In this document: piece after piece, positions 9,766 to 18,005 of the stretch
How the letters are laid out: each line of letters begins with the position of its first letter
Numbering within the stretch: the first letter of the stretch is position 1
Assembly: GCA_963708645.1 (NCBI GenBank)
Contig: CAVPTA010000007.1
Location: 165,078-229,077, forward strand
DNA length: 64,000 bases
Source of the DNA: an uncultured Actinomycetota bacterium
GTDB taxonomy: Bacteria > Actinomycetota > Actinomycetes > Mycobacteriales > Jatrophihabitantaceae
Direction of reading: 5' to 3'
Program-made: the position numbers and the translations under genes
The notes under the pieces: model-generated
Database searches by the model: none
Told to the model about the DNA's origin: nothing
The model's input: only the letters and a program-made list of their open reading frames with translations

Positions 9766-10825
9766 TGTAACCGTCGACGACGACCTTTTGGAGCTGATCG
9801 AAGTGCTCTACGACAGTGGCGGTGCCGAGCACGACCGAGTCGAGCGGACGGTCGGCGACGATGACGGGGATGCCGATCTCGTGCTGCAGGCGGGCATCCA
9901 GTCCGCGCAGCAGGGCGCCACCGCCGGTCAGCACGATGCCGCGCTGGACGAGGTCGCCGGCCAACTCCGGCGGGCAACGGTCGAGGGTCGTGCGCACCGA
10001 GGCGACGATGCGACCGAGCGGCAGCTCCATCGCCTTGCGCAGTTCGTCACTCGAGACAGTGATGTTGCGCGGCAGCCCGGTTCCTACGTCCCGACCGCGG
10101 ATCTCGGCCTTGCGCGGGCCGGCGACGGGGAACGCCGAACCCACCGAGATCTTGAGCTCCTCGGCCGTCCGCTCGCCGATCAGCAGCGAGAACTCACCGC
10201 GGATGTGGTCGACGATCGCCATGTCGAGCGCGTTGCCCGCGACTCGCAGCGACGTCGACGCGACGATCCCGCCGAGCGCGAGTACCGCGACCTCGGTCGT
10301 CCCGCCGCCGATGTCGACGACCATCGAACCCGCAGGCTGGTTCACGGGCAGGCCGGCGCCGATCGCGGCGGCCATCGGTTCGGGAATGATGTGCACCCGC
10401 CGGGCGCCGGCGGCGTACGCCGACTCGGACACCGCGCGCTGCTCGACGCTGGTGATCGCGGACGGGACGCAGATGACGATGCGGGGGCCGGTGAACGCGC
10501 CCCGGCGCTTGAGCACCTTGCGGACGAAGTAGCGCAACATCTCGGCAGTGACTTCGAAGTCGGCGATGACACCGTCGCGCAGCGGACGGATCGCGCGGAT
10601 GTGGTCGGGAGTGCGGCCGATCATCCGCTTGGCCTCGGCGCCGACGGCGACGACCGCGTTGGTCTGCACATCGAGTGCGACCACCGACGGCTCGTCGAGC
10701 AGGATGCCTCGTCCACGCGCGTAGACGAGGGTGTTGGCCGTCCCCAGATCGATGGCGAGGTCGCCGCCGAGCAGGTCGACCCCACGCTGAGTACCCAGCG
10801 ACCGGGCGATCGACGTCAGACTCAC
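9758..10825 (-). CDS. mreB: Rod shape-determining actin homolog MreB
   Basis: 355 aa with actin-fold signatures 'LAIDLGTANTLVY', 'VVDIGGGTTEVAV', 'GIVLTGGGALLRGLD'. Confidence 0.9.
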   Translation of the reverse strand: MSLTSIARSLGTQRGVDLLGGDLAIDLGTANTLVYARGRGILLDEPSVVALDVQTNAVVAVGAEAKRMIGRTPDHIRAIRPLRDGVIADFEVTAEMLRYFVRKVLKRRGAFTGPRIVICVPSAITSVEQRAVSESAYAAGARRVHIIPEPMAAAIGAGLPVNQPAGSMVVDIGGGTTEVAVLALGGIVASTSLRVAGNALDMAIVDHIRGEFSLLIGERTAEELKISVGSAFPVAGPRKAEIRGRDVGTGLPRNITVSSDELRKAMELPLGRIVASVRTTLDRCPPELAGDLVQRGIVLTGGGALLRGLDARLQHEIGIPVIVADRPLDSVVLGTATVVEHFDQLQKVVVDGYKR

Positions 10826-10953
10826 GGCGGTTCCTCACGCGACGAGATGGCAGCGCGGGCACGAGTCGGCCCATCGGGATCGTAAGGTCGCTGTTGCGTG
10901 ATTGGCTGGTGCGACGCGCGGTGTTGGCGTGACTGTTGTGACTCGAGTCCGAA

Positions 10954-11373
10954 TTAGAGGGTCGGGAACCAGAGCGCGATCTCGCGCGCGGCGGACTCGG
11001 GTGAGTCGGAGCCGTGCACCAGGTTCTGCTGCACCTTCAAGCCCCAGTCGCGACCCAGGTCGCCGCGGATCGTCCCGGGCAGCGCGGCCGTCGGATCGGT
11101 CGCCCCGGCCAGTGCGCGGAATCCCTCGATCACCCGCTCCCCCTCAGCCACGATCGCCGCGACCGGGCCGGAGAGCATGAACTCGACGAGTGCCTCGTAG
11201 AACGGCTTGCCGACGTGCTCGGCGTAATGCTCGGCGAGCAGCTCGGGCGTCGCGGTGCGCAGGTCGAGGGCGGCGAGGCGGTAGCCCTTGGCCTCCACCC
11301 GGCGAAGCACCTCGCCGACCGCACCGCGGTTGACGCCGTCCGGCTTGACGAGGATGAGGGTGCGCTCGGCCAT
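10954..11373 (-). CDS. ndk: Nucleoside diphosphate kinase
   Basis: 'MAERTLILVKPDGV...NLVHGSDSPESAAREIALWF'. Start refined to the second Met (139 aa). Confidence 0.9.
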   Translation of the reverse strand: MAERTLILVKPDGVNRGAVGEVLRRVEAKGYRLAALDLRTATPELLAEHYAEHVGKPFYEALVEFMLSGPVAAIVAEGERVIEGFRALAGATDPTAALPGTIRGDLGRDWGLKVQQNLVHGSDSPESAAREIALWFPTL

Positions 11374-11397
11374 GCCAGCGAGATTACTGACCACCGA

Positions 11398-11799
11398 TCA
11401 GTGGCAGTTGGCCGGTGCAGTCACCTGCGCCGAGCGGGCACTGGTCCAGTTCCGGTAGACGCTCACCATCGTGATCACGGTCCCCGCGGGGACGGCCGAG
11501 GTGGGGCTGTTGCTGGTGGTCGTGCGGCCCGCGACGGTCTGTGACGCCTCGCTGCCGCCGTATGCGCCATAGATGATGTACCCGGTCGCGTACGCGTCAG
11601 CGGTCGCCGTCCAGCTGATCGTCACCCGCTGCGCACTGCCCAAGCACTTGACGCTCAGCGACGTCGGTGCGCTGAGCGTGTCACTCGAGACCTTCATCGC
11701 GGAACTGGACGAGGTCGTGAACCGAGCGCTGGCGACTGCCGGCCACGCGACCACGACGATCGCGACCGCCGCGAGAAACGCGGCGCGGAACAGCTTCAC
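11398..11799 (-). CDS. Small exported protein (~133 aa) with a SipW-cognate-like signal peptide; likely accessory or minor subunit of the TasA-like module
   Basis: Signal 'VKLFRAAFLAAVAIVVVAWPAVASA' followed by 'RFTTSSSSA', similar to the 'GSFTSTTSAS' segment of the neighbouring TasA-like protein. Ser/Thr-rich mature part. GTG start with GTGA overlap on the sipW stop. Confidence 0.5.
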   Translation of the reverse strand: MKLFRAAFLAAVAIVVVAWPAVASARFTTSSSSAMKVSSDTLSAPTSLSVKCLGSAQRVTISWTATADAYATGYIIYGAYGGSEASQTVAGRTTTSNSPTSAVPAGTVITMVSVYRNWTSARSAQVTAPANCH

Positions 11800-12437
11800 G
11801 CCGCGAGCTCCTCCGGACGGCGTGGACGCCAGATCGACAGGAGCAGGCAGGCGAGGACGCCGAACGGCAGCACCCGGGTCAGCAGCATGGACACGATCGG
11901 CTCTCGCAAGAAACGGATCACGGCCCCGGCCGCGGGAACGACGCCGCGCACCTGCCACACCGTGCCGGCACCGGCCCTGGCCGTCCACGGGTCATCGCCG
12001 TTGTTGGCGTCGCCCTTGGTACGGAACAGCGCGCTGCCGTCCTTGAGGTGACGGACCCAAACGACGCGGTGGCTCTCGACGCGGTGGTCTTCGACCGGGA
12101 TCTGATAGGTGATGATCTGGCCGATCCGGATGTCGGTCGCGTGCTCCGGCGTGTCGACGATGACGTCGCCAGGGACGATGCCCGGCGACATGCTCCCGGT
12201 CAGCATGGTCGCGGTGCGGTAGTGCAACACGCGGGGTCCGACCGTCATCGCCAGAAGAGCGAGAACGGCGCAGGTGAGCGCGAGGCTGCCGAGCAGGTTG
12301 ATCGACCGGCGCGCGATGCGGCGCCACCGCGGCGTGATGCTCGCGGCAACCGGTGCGGTCATGGGAGCTCTCCTGGGGGTGGGATCTGCGAGATGTTCGT
12401 GAATACCCCTGCCGGGCGACCCGCCGAAGCGGGCCAC
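11796..12437 (-). CDS. sipW: Signal peptidase I, SipW/archaeal-ER type (S26B)
   Basis: N- and C-terminal TM anchors and catalytic Ser in 'MLTGSMSPGIVPGDVIV'. The C-terminal TM 'LLTRVLPFGVLACLLLSIW' is characteristic of SipW-type rather than LepB-type enzymes. True start may be the internal 'MTAPVAAS' Met. Confidence 0.75.
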   Translation of the reverse strand: MARFGGSPGRGIHEHLADPTPRRAPMTAPVAASITPRWRRIARRSINLLGSLALTCAVLALLAMTVGPRVLHYRTATMLTGSMSPGIVPGDVIVDTPEHATDIRIGQIITYQIPVEDHRVESHRVVWVRHLKDGSALFRTKGDANNGDDPWTARAGAGTVWQVRGVVPAAGAVIRFLREPIVSMLLTRVLPFGVLACLLLSIWRPRRPEELAA

Positions 12438-12475
12438 CCGGCTGGCACGGGGGAGGTGGTGCGCGCCGGGCTAGG

Positions 12476-13102
12476 TCAGTGGGCCGAGGCGGTGCGCTGG
12501 GTGCCGGTGAAGGCGAAGTTGATCGTCGAAGCCGCACCCTGCAGGGCGTTGCCGGCGCCGGTCGGGAAGCTGAGCGTGACCCGCAGGACGTCGTTGCTGC
12601 CCGCGGTGAGAGCCGCCAGGTTGTTCAGGGCGAGGTTCGAGCCGATGACCGGCACCGACGCGAGGACGGTGCTGATCGTGCCGGCGCCGCTGCAGGTGTA
12701 GGTGTACGCCGGCGCGGTGCCGGCCTCGGTCCAGCTCGTCGAGCACTTGTCGATCGTCATCTGCAGACCATTGGTGGCGTCGGTGTCCAGCGCCGAGGAC
12801 GCGGTCGCTGTCGTGGTGAGGGTGACGGCGCTCAGGGCCTGGCTGCCGGAGTTCGACAGCTTGACGACGCGCTGGATGGTGTCACCCGGAACGATGCCGG
12901 ACGCGGCGACCGTGAGGCGGTTGTCGGTGCCACCGGCGGTGCCGAGGCCGATCGTGACCGTGCCGGCGCTGACCGCCTGGCTGGCCGAGGTCGTCGAGGT
13001 GAATGAACCGAACGTGCCGAGACCGGCGGCGCCTGCGGCAGCCGCGACGAGGGCAGCGCTGGCGAGCAGCTTCGATTTGGTGGACAGGACGCGTGCGGAC
13101 AT
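12476..13102 (-). CDS. TasA/CalY-like exported protein with SipW-cognate class signal peptide (actinobacterial 'alternate signal-mediated exported protein' family)
   Basis: Refined start 'MSARVLSTKSKLLASAALVAAAAGAAGLGTFGSFTSTTSAS'. The 'GxGTxxxF[ST]' motif after the h-region matches the SipW-cognate signal class. The mature protein is Thr/Ser/Gly/Ala-rich and beta-like. The upstream 108 aa of the track ORF are read-through. Confidence 0.65.
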   Translation of the reverse strand: MSARVLSTKSKLLASAALVAAAAGAAGLGTFGSFTSTTSASQAVSAGTVTIGLGTAGGTDNRLTVAASGIVPGDTIQRVVKLSNSGSQALSAVTLTTTATASSALDTDATNGLQMTIDKCSTSWTEAGTAPAYTYTCSGAGTISTVLASVPVIGSNLALNNLAALTAGSNDVLRVTLSFPTGAGNALQGAASTINFAFTGTQRTASAH

Positions 13103-13437
13103 TCGGAACTCCAGTGAGTGAGGTGTGCCGCACATCGCGGCTGGCTGTGGTTTGCGGCAACCGACCGGCTTGGCCGAGAAGTGCCTACGTAAATTTCGTG
13201 TGAGATCAGAATGGAACCTCGACCTCAGTTCACACCGACTTAACACGCAAGAGTTCCGACAGATTGAACGCGCAACAATTGACTGGGAATTGAGGGACCA
13301 ACCGACCGAAACGGGCGTCTGGACCCCGTACCGGCGCTCGCACCCCCGGTATACGCGTGTCCGGCTGTACCGGGAGACCCAACGATCGCTAACCTCAAGA
13401 CCGTGAGAGCCCACGAAGTCGCGCAACGGAGTGCAGC

Positions 13438-14184
13438 GTGAGCGAACACGACCGTGATGCGGTCGTGATCGAGGACGACCCAGATGTGCGCGCTCTGCTG
13501 GTCGAACTGCTCCAACAGAGCGGGTTTGCCGTCACCGACTGCTCGGCTGGCGCGGACGGATTGCGTGCGGTCCGCGACCGTGACCCCGACCTGGTGACCC
13601 TCGACCTGAACCTGCCCGACCTCGACGGCATCGAGGTGTGCCGGCGCTTGCGCGAGACCAGCGAGGCCTACGTCATCATGCTCACCGCCCGCCCGGACGA
13701 GATCGACCGTCTGGTCGGACTCGAGACCGGCGCCGATGACTACCTGACCAAGCCGTTCAGCCCGCGCGAACTGCGCGCCCGCGTCGCGGCGATGATGCGC
13801 CGCCCGCGTCGGCGCGGCGCCGCCCCGGCTCCGGCTGCCGCCGCGCCCGAACCTGACCAGAGCGAGATCATGCGCCTGGGCGAGCTCGAGGTCGACCTCG
13901 AGGGACGCCTCGCGCACCTGTCCGGGTCGGAACTGCCGCTGACCCGCATCGAGTTCGATCTGCTGGCAACGCTGCTCAGCGGGCCGCGCCGCGTGTGGCC
14001 GCGCGAGACGCTGCTGCGCACCGTCTGGGGCACCGAATGGGCCGGCGACGGGCACCTCGTCGAGGTGCACATGGGCAACCTGCGCCGCAAACTCGGCGAC
14101 GACCCACGCAACGGGCGCTACATCCGTACCGTCCGCGGCGTCGGGTACCGACTCGGCACGGGTGCCGCGTCGGACGCTGAGTGA
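13438..14184 (+). CDS. OmpR/PhoB-family two-component response regulator
   Basis: Receiver domain ('VVIEDDPDVRALL...DLVTLDLNLPDLDG...ETGADDYLTKPFSPREL') plus winged-helix domain ('VHMGNLRRKL...RTVRGVGYRL'). GTG start. Confidence 0.85.
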   Translation: MSEHDRDAVVIEDDPDVRALLVELLQQSGFAVTDCSAGADGLRAVRDRDPDLVTLDLNLPDLDGIEVCRRLRETSEAYVIMLTARPDEIDRLVGLETGADDYLTKPFSPRELRARVAAMMRRPRRRGAAPAPAAAAPEPDQSEIMRLGELEVDLEGRLAHLSGSELPLTRIEFDLLATLLSGPRRVWPRETLLRTVWGTEWAGDGHLVEVHMGNLRRKLGDDPRNGRYIRTVRGVGYRLGTGAASDAE

Positions 14185-15416
14185 CGGATCCCGGCGAGCA
14201 CCTTCGCATGACGCGCGCGGCCGCGGCGAGCGAGCAGGAGCGATTGGCGGCACTGGCTGCCTACGACATCATCGGCGCCGCCGGCGACGATCCGGTGGTC
14301 GCCGACCTCGAGGGGTTGTGCGAGGCCGCGGCCACGGTCGCGGGCGTGTCGACCGCGGTGGTCAACCTGTCCGATGACCGCCTCCAACATCAGGTTGCGG
14401 CGTTCGGCGTCAACCCGCAGGCGTGCCGACGCGACGAGTCCATGTGCCAGACGACGCTCGCCGGCGGGCGCGACATCTACGTGAGCGACGCAGCCGCTGA
14501 TCCGCGCTTCGCCACGTCCCCGTGGGTCGACGGCAAACTCGCCCGGATCCGCTTCTACTGCTCGGTGATCCTCCGCTCGCCGCAGGGTCACGCGATCGGC
14601 ACCTTGTGCGTGTTCGACGAAACGGCACGCGAGCTGGGAGATCAAGGGCTGCGCACGATCGGGCTGCTCGCTAACCAGGTCATCGACGTGCTCGAGCTGC
14701 GGCTGCGCACTCGCGAGCTGCAGCGCGCCAATGTCGAGCTCACTCGCTCGGCCGACCGGCTGGCGTCCTTCGCCGGCCAGGTGAGCCACGACCTGAAGGC
14801 GCCGATCACCGCGATCATCGGCTTCACCGAATTGCTCAGCGATATGGACGAGATCGCTGACGACACGACGATCAGCAACTACGTCGGTCGGTGCAGCTCG
14901 GCCGCCAAACGGATGCTTGCGATGATCGACGACCTGCTCGCGTTCGCTCGCGTGGGCGGTTCGCTGACGATGGTCGAGAATCCGATCGAGGCGCTGGTAG
15001 CCGAGGTCGTCGCCGATCTGGGCGCGACAGCGGCCGGCGCGACGGTAACGGCCAGCGGAGCAGACATCGTCGCCGACACCTCGCAACTACGCGCCCTGCT
15101 GCAGAACCTGATCGGGAACGCGCTCGTCTACCGCGGCGACGATGCGCCCGTGGTCGAGGTGTTCAGCGACCAGATCGGCGACAACGCGATCCTGCGTGTC
15201 GTCGACAACGGCAGCGGCATCGCGCCGGAGAGCCGCGAGGACGTCCTGCGCCCGTTGGTGCGCTTGCGCAAGGAACTGCCCGGAGCCGGATTGGGACTGG
15301 CCGTCTGCGTCCGGATCGCTGCCGCGCATGGTGGGACGATCCGCATCGACAGTGCACCAGGCGGCGGCACGGCGGCGATCGTGACGTTGCCGCTCACCGA
15401 TCAGGGCAAGGACTGA
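14181..15416 (+). CDS. Soluble sensor histidine kinase with N-terminal GAF domain
   Basis: GAF-like region, H-box 'FAGQVSHDLKAPITAI', N-box 'LLQNLIGNALVY', G-boxes 'DNGSGI' and 'GAGLGLAV'. No TM segments. GTGA overlap with the response-regulator stop. Confidence 0.85.
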   Translation: MTDPGEHLRMTRAAAASEQERLAALAAYDIIGAAGDDPVVADLEGLCEAAATVAGVSTAVVNLSDDRLQHQVAAFGVNPQACRRDESMCQTTLAGGRDIYVSDAAADPRFATSPWVDGKLARIRFYCSVILRSPQGHAIGTLCVFDETARELGDQGLRTIGLLANQVIDVLELRLRTRELQRANVELTRSADRLASFAGQVSHDLKAPITAIIGFTELLSDMDEIADDTTISNYVGRCSSAAKRMLAMIDDLLAFARVGGSLTMVENPIEALVAEVVADLGATAAGATVTASGADIVADTSQLRALLQNLIGNALVYRGDDAPVVEVFSDQIGDNAILRVVDNGSGIAPESREDVLRPLVRLRKELPGAGLGLAVCVRIAAAHGGTIRIDSAPGGGTAAIVTLPLTDQGKD

Positions 15417-15617
15417 ACCAGCCTGACGGCTCCGCTCGCCGGAGTCCTGGTCCGACGAGCGGAACCGCCCGTGCTGATCGCGCTTTTTGCGATCGAGATT
15501 CGGGTGCCGATCCCTCGCATCGGCACCGCACCACCTCGGTCGCGTCCCACCCACATGACCCGGTGGCCGTCCGCCCCGAACTGGCTGGGACGTTGGCTTG
15601 TGTAGTTGTCGCCTGTG

Positions 15618-15998
15618 TCAGGCCGTGCGAGCAAGCAGCTGGTCGACCCGGTGCACGAGTTCGCGCGGGCTGAACGGCTTGGGCAGGTAGTCGTCACATC
15701 CGGCCGCGAATCCTGCGGCGACGTCTTCGGTGGACGACTCGGCGCTGATGAGCAGGATCGGGCTCGACGCCGTCTCGCGGCGCGCCTTGAGCTGACGGCA
15801 GACCTCGAGGCCACTCATGTCGGGCATCCGGACATCGAGCACCACGATGTGCGGCGTCTCGCGCTCGGCGGCCGCCAGGGCACGCACTCCGCCGTCGACG
15901 GCCTCGGCGTGGAACCCGGCCTTCGTCAGGATCGTGGAGACGAGAGCGCGGATGTCTTCATCGTCGTCAGCGATCAGCACGCTGCTGGCGATGGCCAT
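15618..15998 (-). CDS. Single-domain (CheY-like) response regulator receiver protein
   Basis: 'VLIADDDEDIRALV...IVVLDVRMPDMSGLEV...LISAESSTEDV...GCDDYLPKPFSPREL', 126 aa, no output domain. Start refined to 'MAIASSVL'. Confidence 0.8.
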   Translation of the reverse strand: MAIASSVLIADDDEDIRALVSTILTKAGFHAEAVDGGVRALAAAERETPHIVVLDVRMPDMSGLEVCRQLKARRETASSPILLISAESSTEDVAAGFAAGCDDYLPKPFSPRELVHRVDQLLARTA

Positions 15999-16089
15999 TG
16001 ACGTCCTGCCTCTCGGTCGTTGCATTCCGGTCGAGTGCAACTTCGTCTGCCGTGGTGGTGAGCCGGGTAAGGCTGGCGAAAGTTAGGTG

Positions 16090-16137
16090 GGCGGCGGCCG
16101 GCTCCCCCCGCAGGACCGGCCGCGCCGCCCACAACAC
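16090..16137 (-). terminator. GC-rich imperfect inverted repeat (15/17-nt arms), candidate intrinsic terminator downstream of the folC-DUF4233 operon
   Basis: 'GTGGGCGGCGGCCGGctccccccgcaggaCCGGCCGCGCCGCCCAC', ~120 nt after the DUF4233 stop. No strong U-tract, which is common for actinobacterial terminators. Confidence 0.4.
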
Positions 16138-16260
16138 AGAGTGGTCGCCGAAGCTCAGGCAGGACTGGCCGGGCGGGCAAGGTTGGCAAGGTTCTGCCTC
16201 AAGCGTGACTCAAGTGTGCATATGGTGCTAAATCGGGCAGTGTCAAACCTCGCACACCCG

Positions 16261-16656
16261 TCAGGACGACAGAAGTCGCCAACCTGTCGGCGTCCCCAGC
16301 AGTTGGTGTCGGAGCCAGAGCAGGCGGCCCCAGACCATCGCGAACAGCGCCGCGATGATCAGTTGCGCGATCAGCAACACCCCGCTGAGCAGAAAGAGCA
16401 CCTGCACGACCGAGCCCAGGCCGATCCCCCACGGACGGCGCACGAGTCCGGCCGCGACGATCATCACGACGGCGAGGCCGACCAGCACAAGCGTCTTGGT
16501 CACGCCCAACCCGCCGGAACTGAAGGCGAGCGCGCGCGGAACGAGCAGCGTGACCACGGCCTCGAGTCCGAGGATCGCCGCCAGCGCACCGCGGGTGGCT
16601 CGATCGGCGCGGTGGACGCGCTCGGGATCGTCGAGCTCTTCGTTGTTGTCGCTCAT
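16261..16656 (-). CDS. DUF4233-family small membrane protein (conserved folC-downstream gene)
   Basis: 131 aa, 'MSDNNEELDD...', three hydrophobic segments. ATGA overlap with the folC stop. Same position as the membrane-protein gene between folC and ndk in other actinobacteria. Confidence 0.7.
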   Translation of the reverse strand: MSDNNEELDDPERVHRADRATRGALAAILGLEAVVTLLVPRALAFSSGGLGVTKTLVLVGLAVVMIVAAGLVRRPWGIGLGSVVQVLFLLSGVLLIAQLIIAALFAMVWGRLLWLRHQLLGTPTGWRLLSS

Positions 16657-18005
16657 CGGGCGAGCAGCAGCCGCGCCTCGCCGGCGGTGACCACCGAGCC
16701 GATGACCAGGACTCCGGTGCCTGACAGCAGGTCGTCGCCGGTGTCCTCGGCCAGCCGCACGGCGGTTTCGATCGCGTCGTCCAGGCGCGGTTCGACGCTG
16801 ACCCGGTCGGAGCCGAAGATCTCGACCGCGGCGGCGGCGAGTTCGTCGGCGGGCACTGCACGATCGGAACTGTTCTGGGTCACGACGATCTCGTCGGCAA
16901 CGGGCTCGAGGCGCTCGAGGATGCCGGCGACGTCCTTGTCGGACATCACGGCGACGACCGCGACCAGGCGACGGAAGTCGAACGCCTCGCCGATTGCCGC
17001 GACGCTGGCACTGACGCCGTGCGGGTTGTGCGCAGCGTCGACAAGGATCGTCGGGGCCGAGCGGACGGCCTCGAGGCGTCCCGGCGACCGCACGGCAGCG
17101 AAGGCCGCGCGAATGATGCCGATGTCGAGGCTGCCGCTGTCGGCGTCGGCGCCGAGGAACGCCTCGACCGCGGCGAGGGCGAGCGCGGCGTTCTCGGCCT
17201 GGTGCGCGCCGTGCAACGGCAGGAAGATCTCGTCGTACACGCCACCGAGGCCCTGGATCGTCAGCACCTGCCCGCCGACGGCGACCCGGCGGTCGGCCAC
17301 ACCGAACTCGAGCCCCTCGCGCGCGACGGCGGCGCCGACGCTCGCCGCGCGGCGCAGCAGTTGTTCGGCTGCCTCCGGCGGTTGCGCAGCGAGGATCGCA
17401 GTCGCGCCGGCCTTGATGATGCCGGCCTTCTCGCCGGCGATCGCGTCGACGGTCGTCCCGAGATATTCGGTGTGGTCGAGATCGATCGGGGTCACGACGG
17501 CGACCTCGGCGTCGAGCACGTTCGTGTTGTCCCAAGCACCGCCCATGCCGACCTCGACGACCGCAACGTCGACGGGGGTGTCGGCGAAGATCATGTACGC
17601 CATGGCGGTCACGATCTCGAAGAACGACAGCGGGACGTCGAACTGCCCGTCGACCAGTTCGATGTACGGCGCGAGCTCGCGGTAGGTCTCGACGAAGGTG
17701 CGGTCACTTATCGGCTGACCGTCCACCACGATGCGCTCGGTGACAGAGGTGAGATGCGGGCTGGTGTAGCGGCCCGAACGGATACCGAAGCCGCGGACGA
17801 GTTCATCGATCATGCGCGCGGTGCTCGTCTTGCCGTTCGTACCGGTCAGATGGATGCCGCGGTATGCGCGTTGCGGGTCGCCGAGCAGACCGACGAGGGC
17901 CTCCATGCGTTCGTTCGTCGGATGGATGTGGCCTTCGCCGCGACGTCCGAAGATGGACGCCTCGACCGTGCGCAGCTGCGTCGCGTACTTCTCGCGCTCG
18001 GTCAT
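16653..18005 (-). CDS. folC: Bifunctional dihydrofolate synthase / folylpolyglutamate synthase
   Basis: 450 aa with the Mur-ligase fold 'HLTGTNGKTSTARM', 'VVEVGMGGAWDNTNV', 'ILVDAAHNPHGV'. Confidence 0.9.
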   Translation of the reverse strand: MTEREKYATQLRTVEASIFGRRGEGHIHPTNERMEALVGLLGDPQRAYRGIHLTGTNGKTSTARMIDELVRGFGIRSGRYTSPHLTSVTERIVVDGQPISDRTFVETYRELAPYIELVDGQFDVPLSFFEIVTAMAYMIFADTPVDVAVVEVGMGGAWDNTNVLDAEVAVVTPIDLDHTEYLGTTVDAIAGEKAGIIKAGATAILAAQPPEAAEQLLRRAASVGAAVAREGLEFGVADRRVAVGGQVLTIQGLGGVYDEIFLPLHGAHQAENAALALAAVEAFLGADADSGSLDIGIIRAAFAAVRSPGRLEAVRSAPTILVDAAHNPHGVSASVAAIGEAFDFRRLVAVVAVMSDKDVAGILERLEPVADEIVVTQNSSDRAVPADELAAAAVEIFGSDRVSVEPRLDDAIETAVRLAEDTGDDLLSGTGVLVIGSVVTAGEARLLLAR

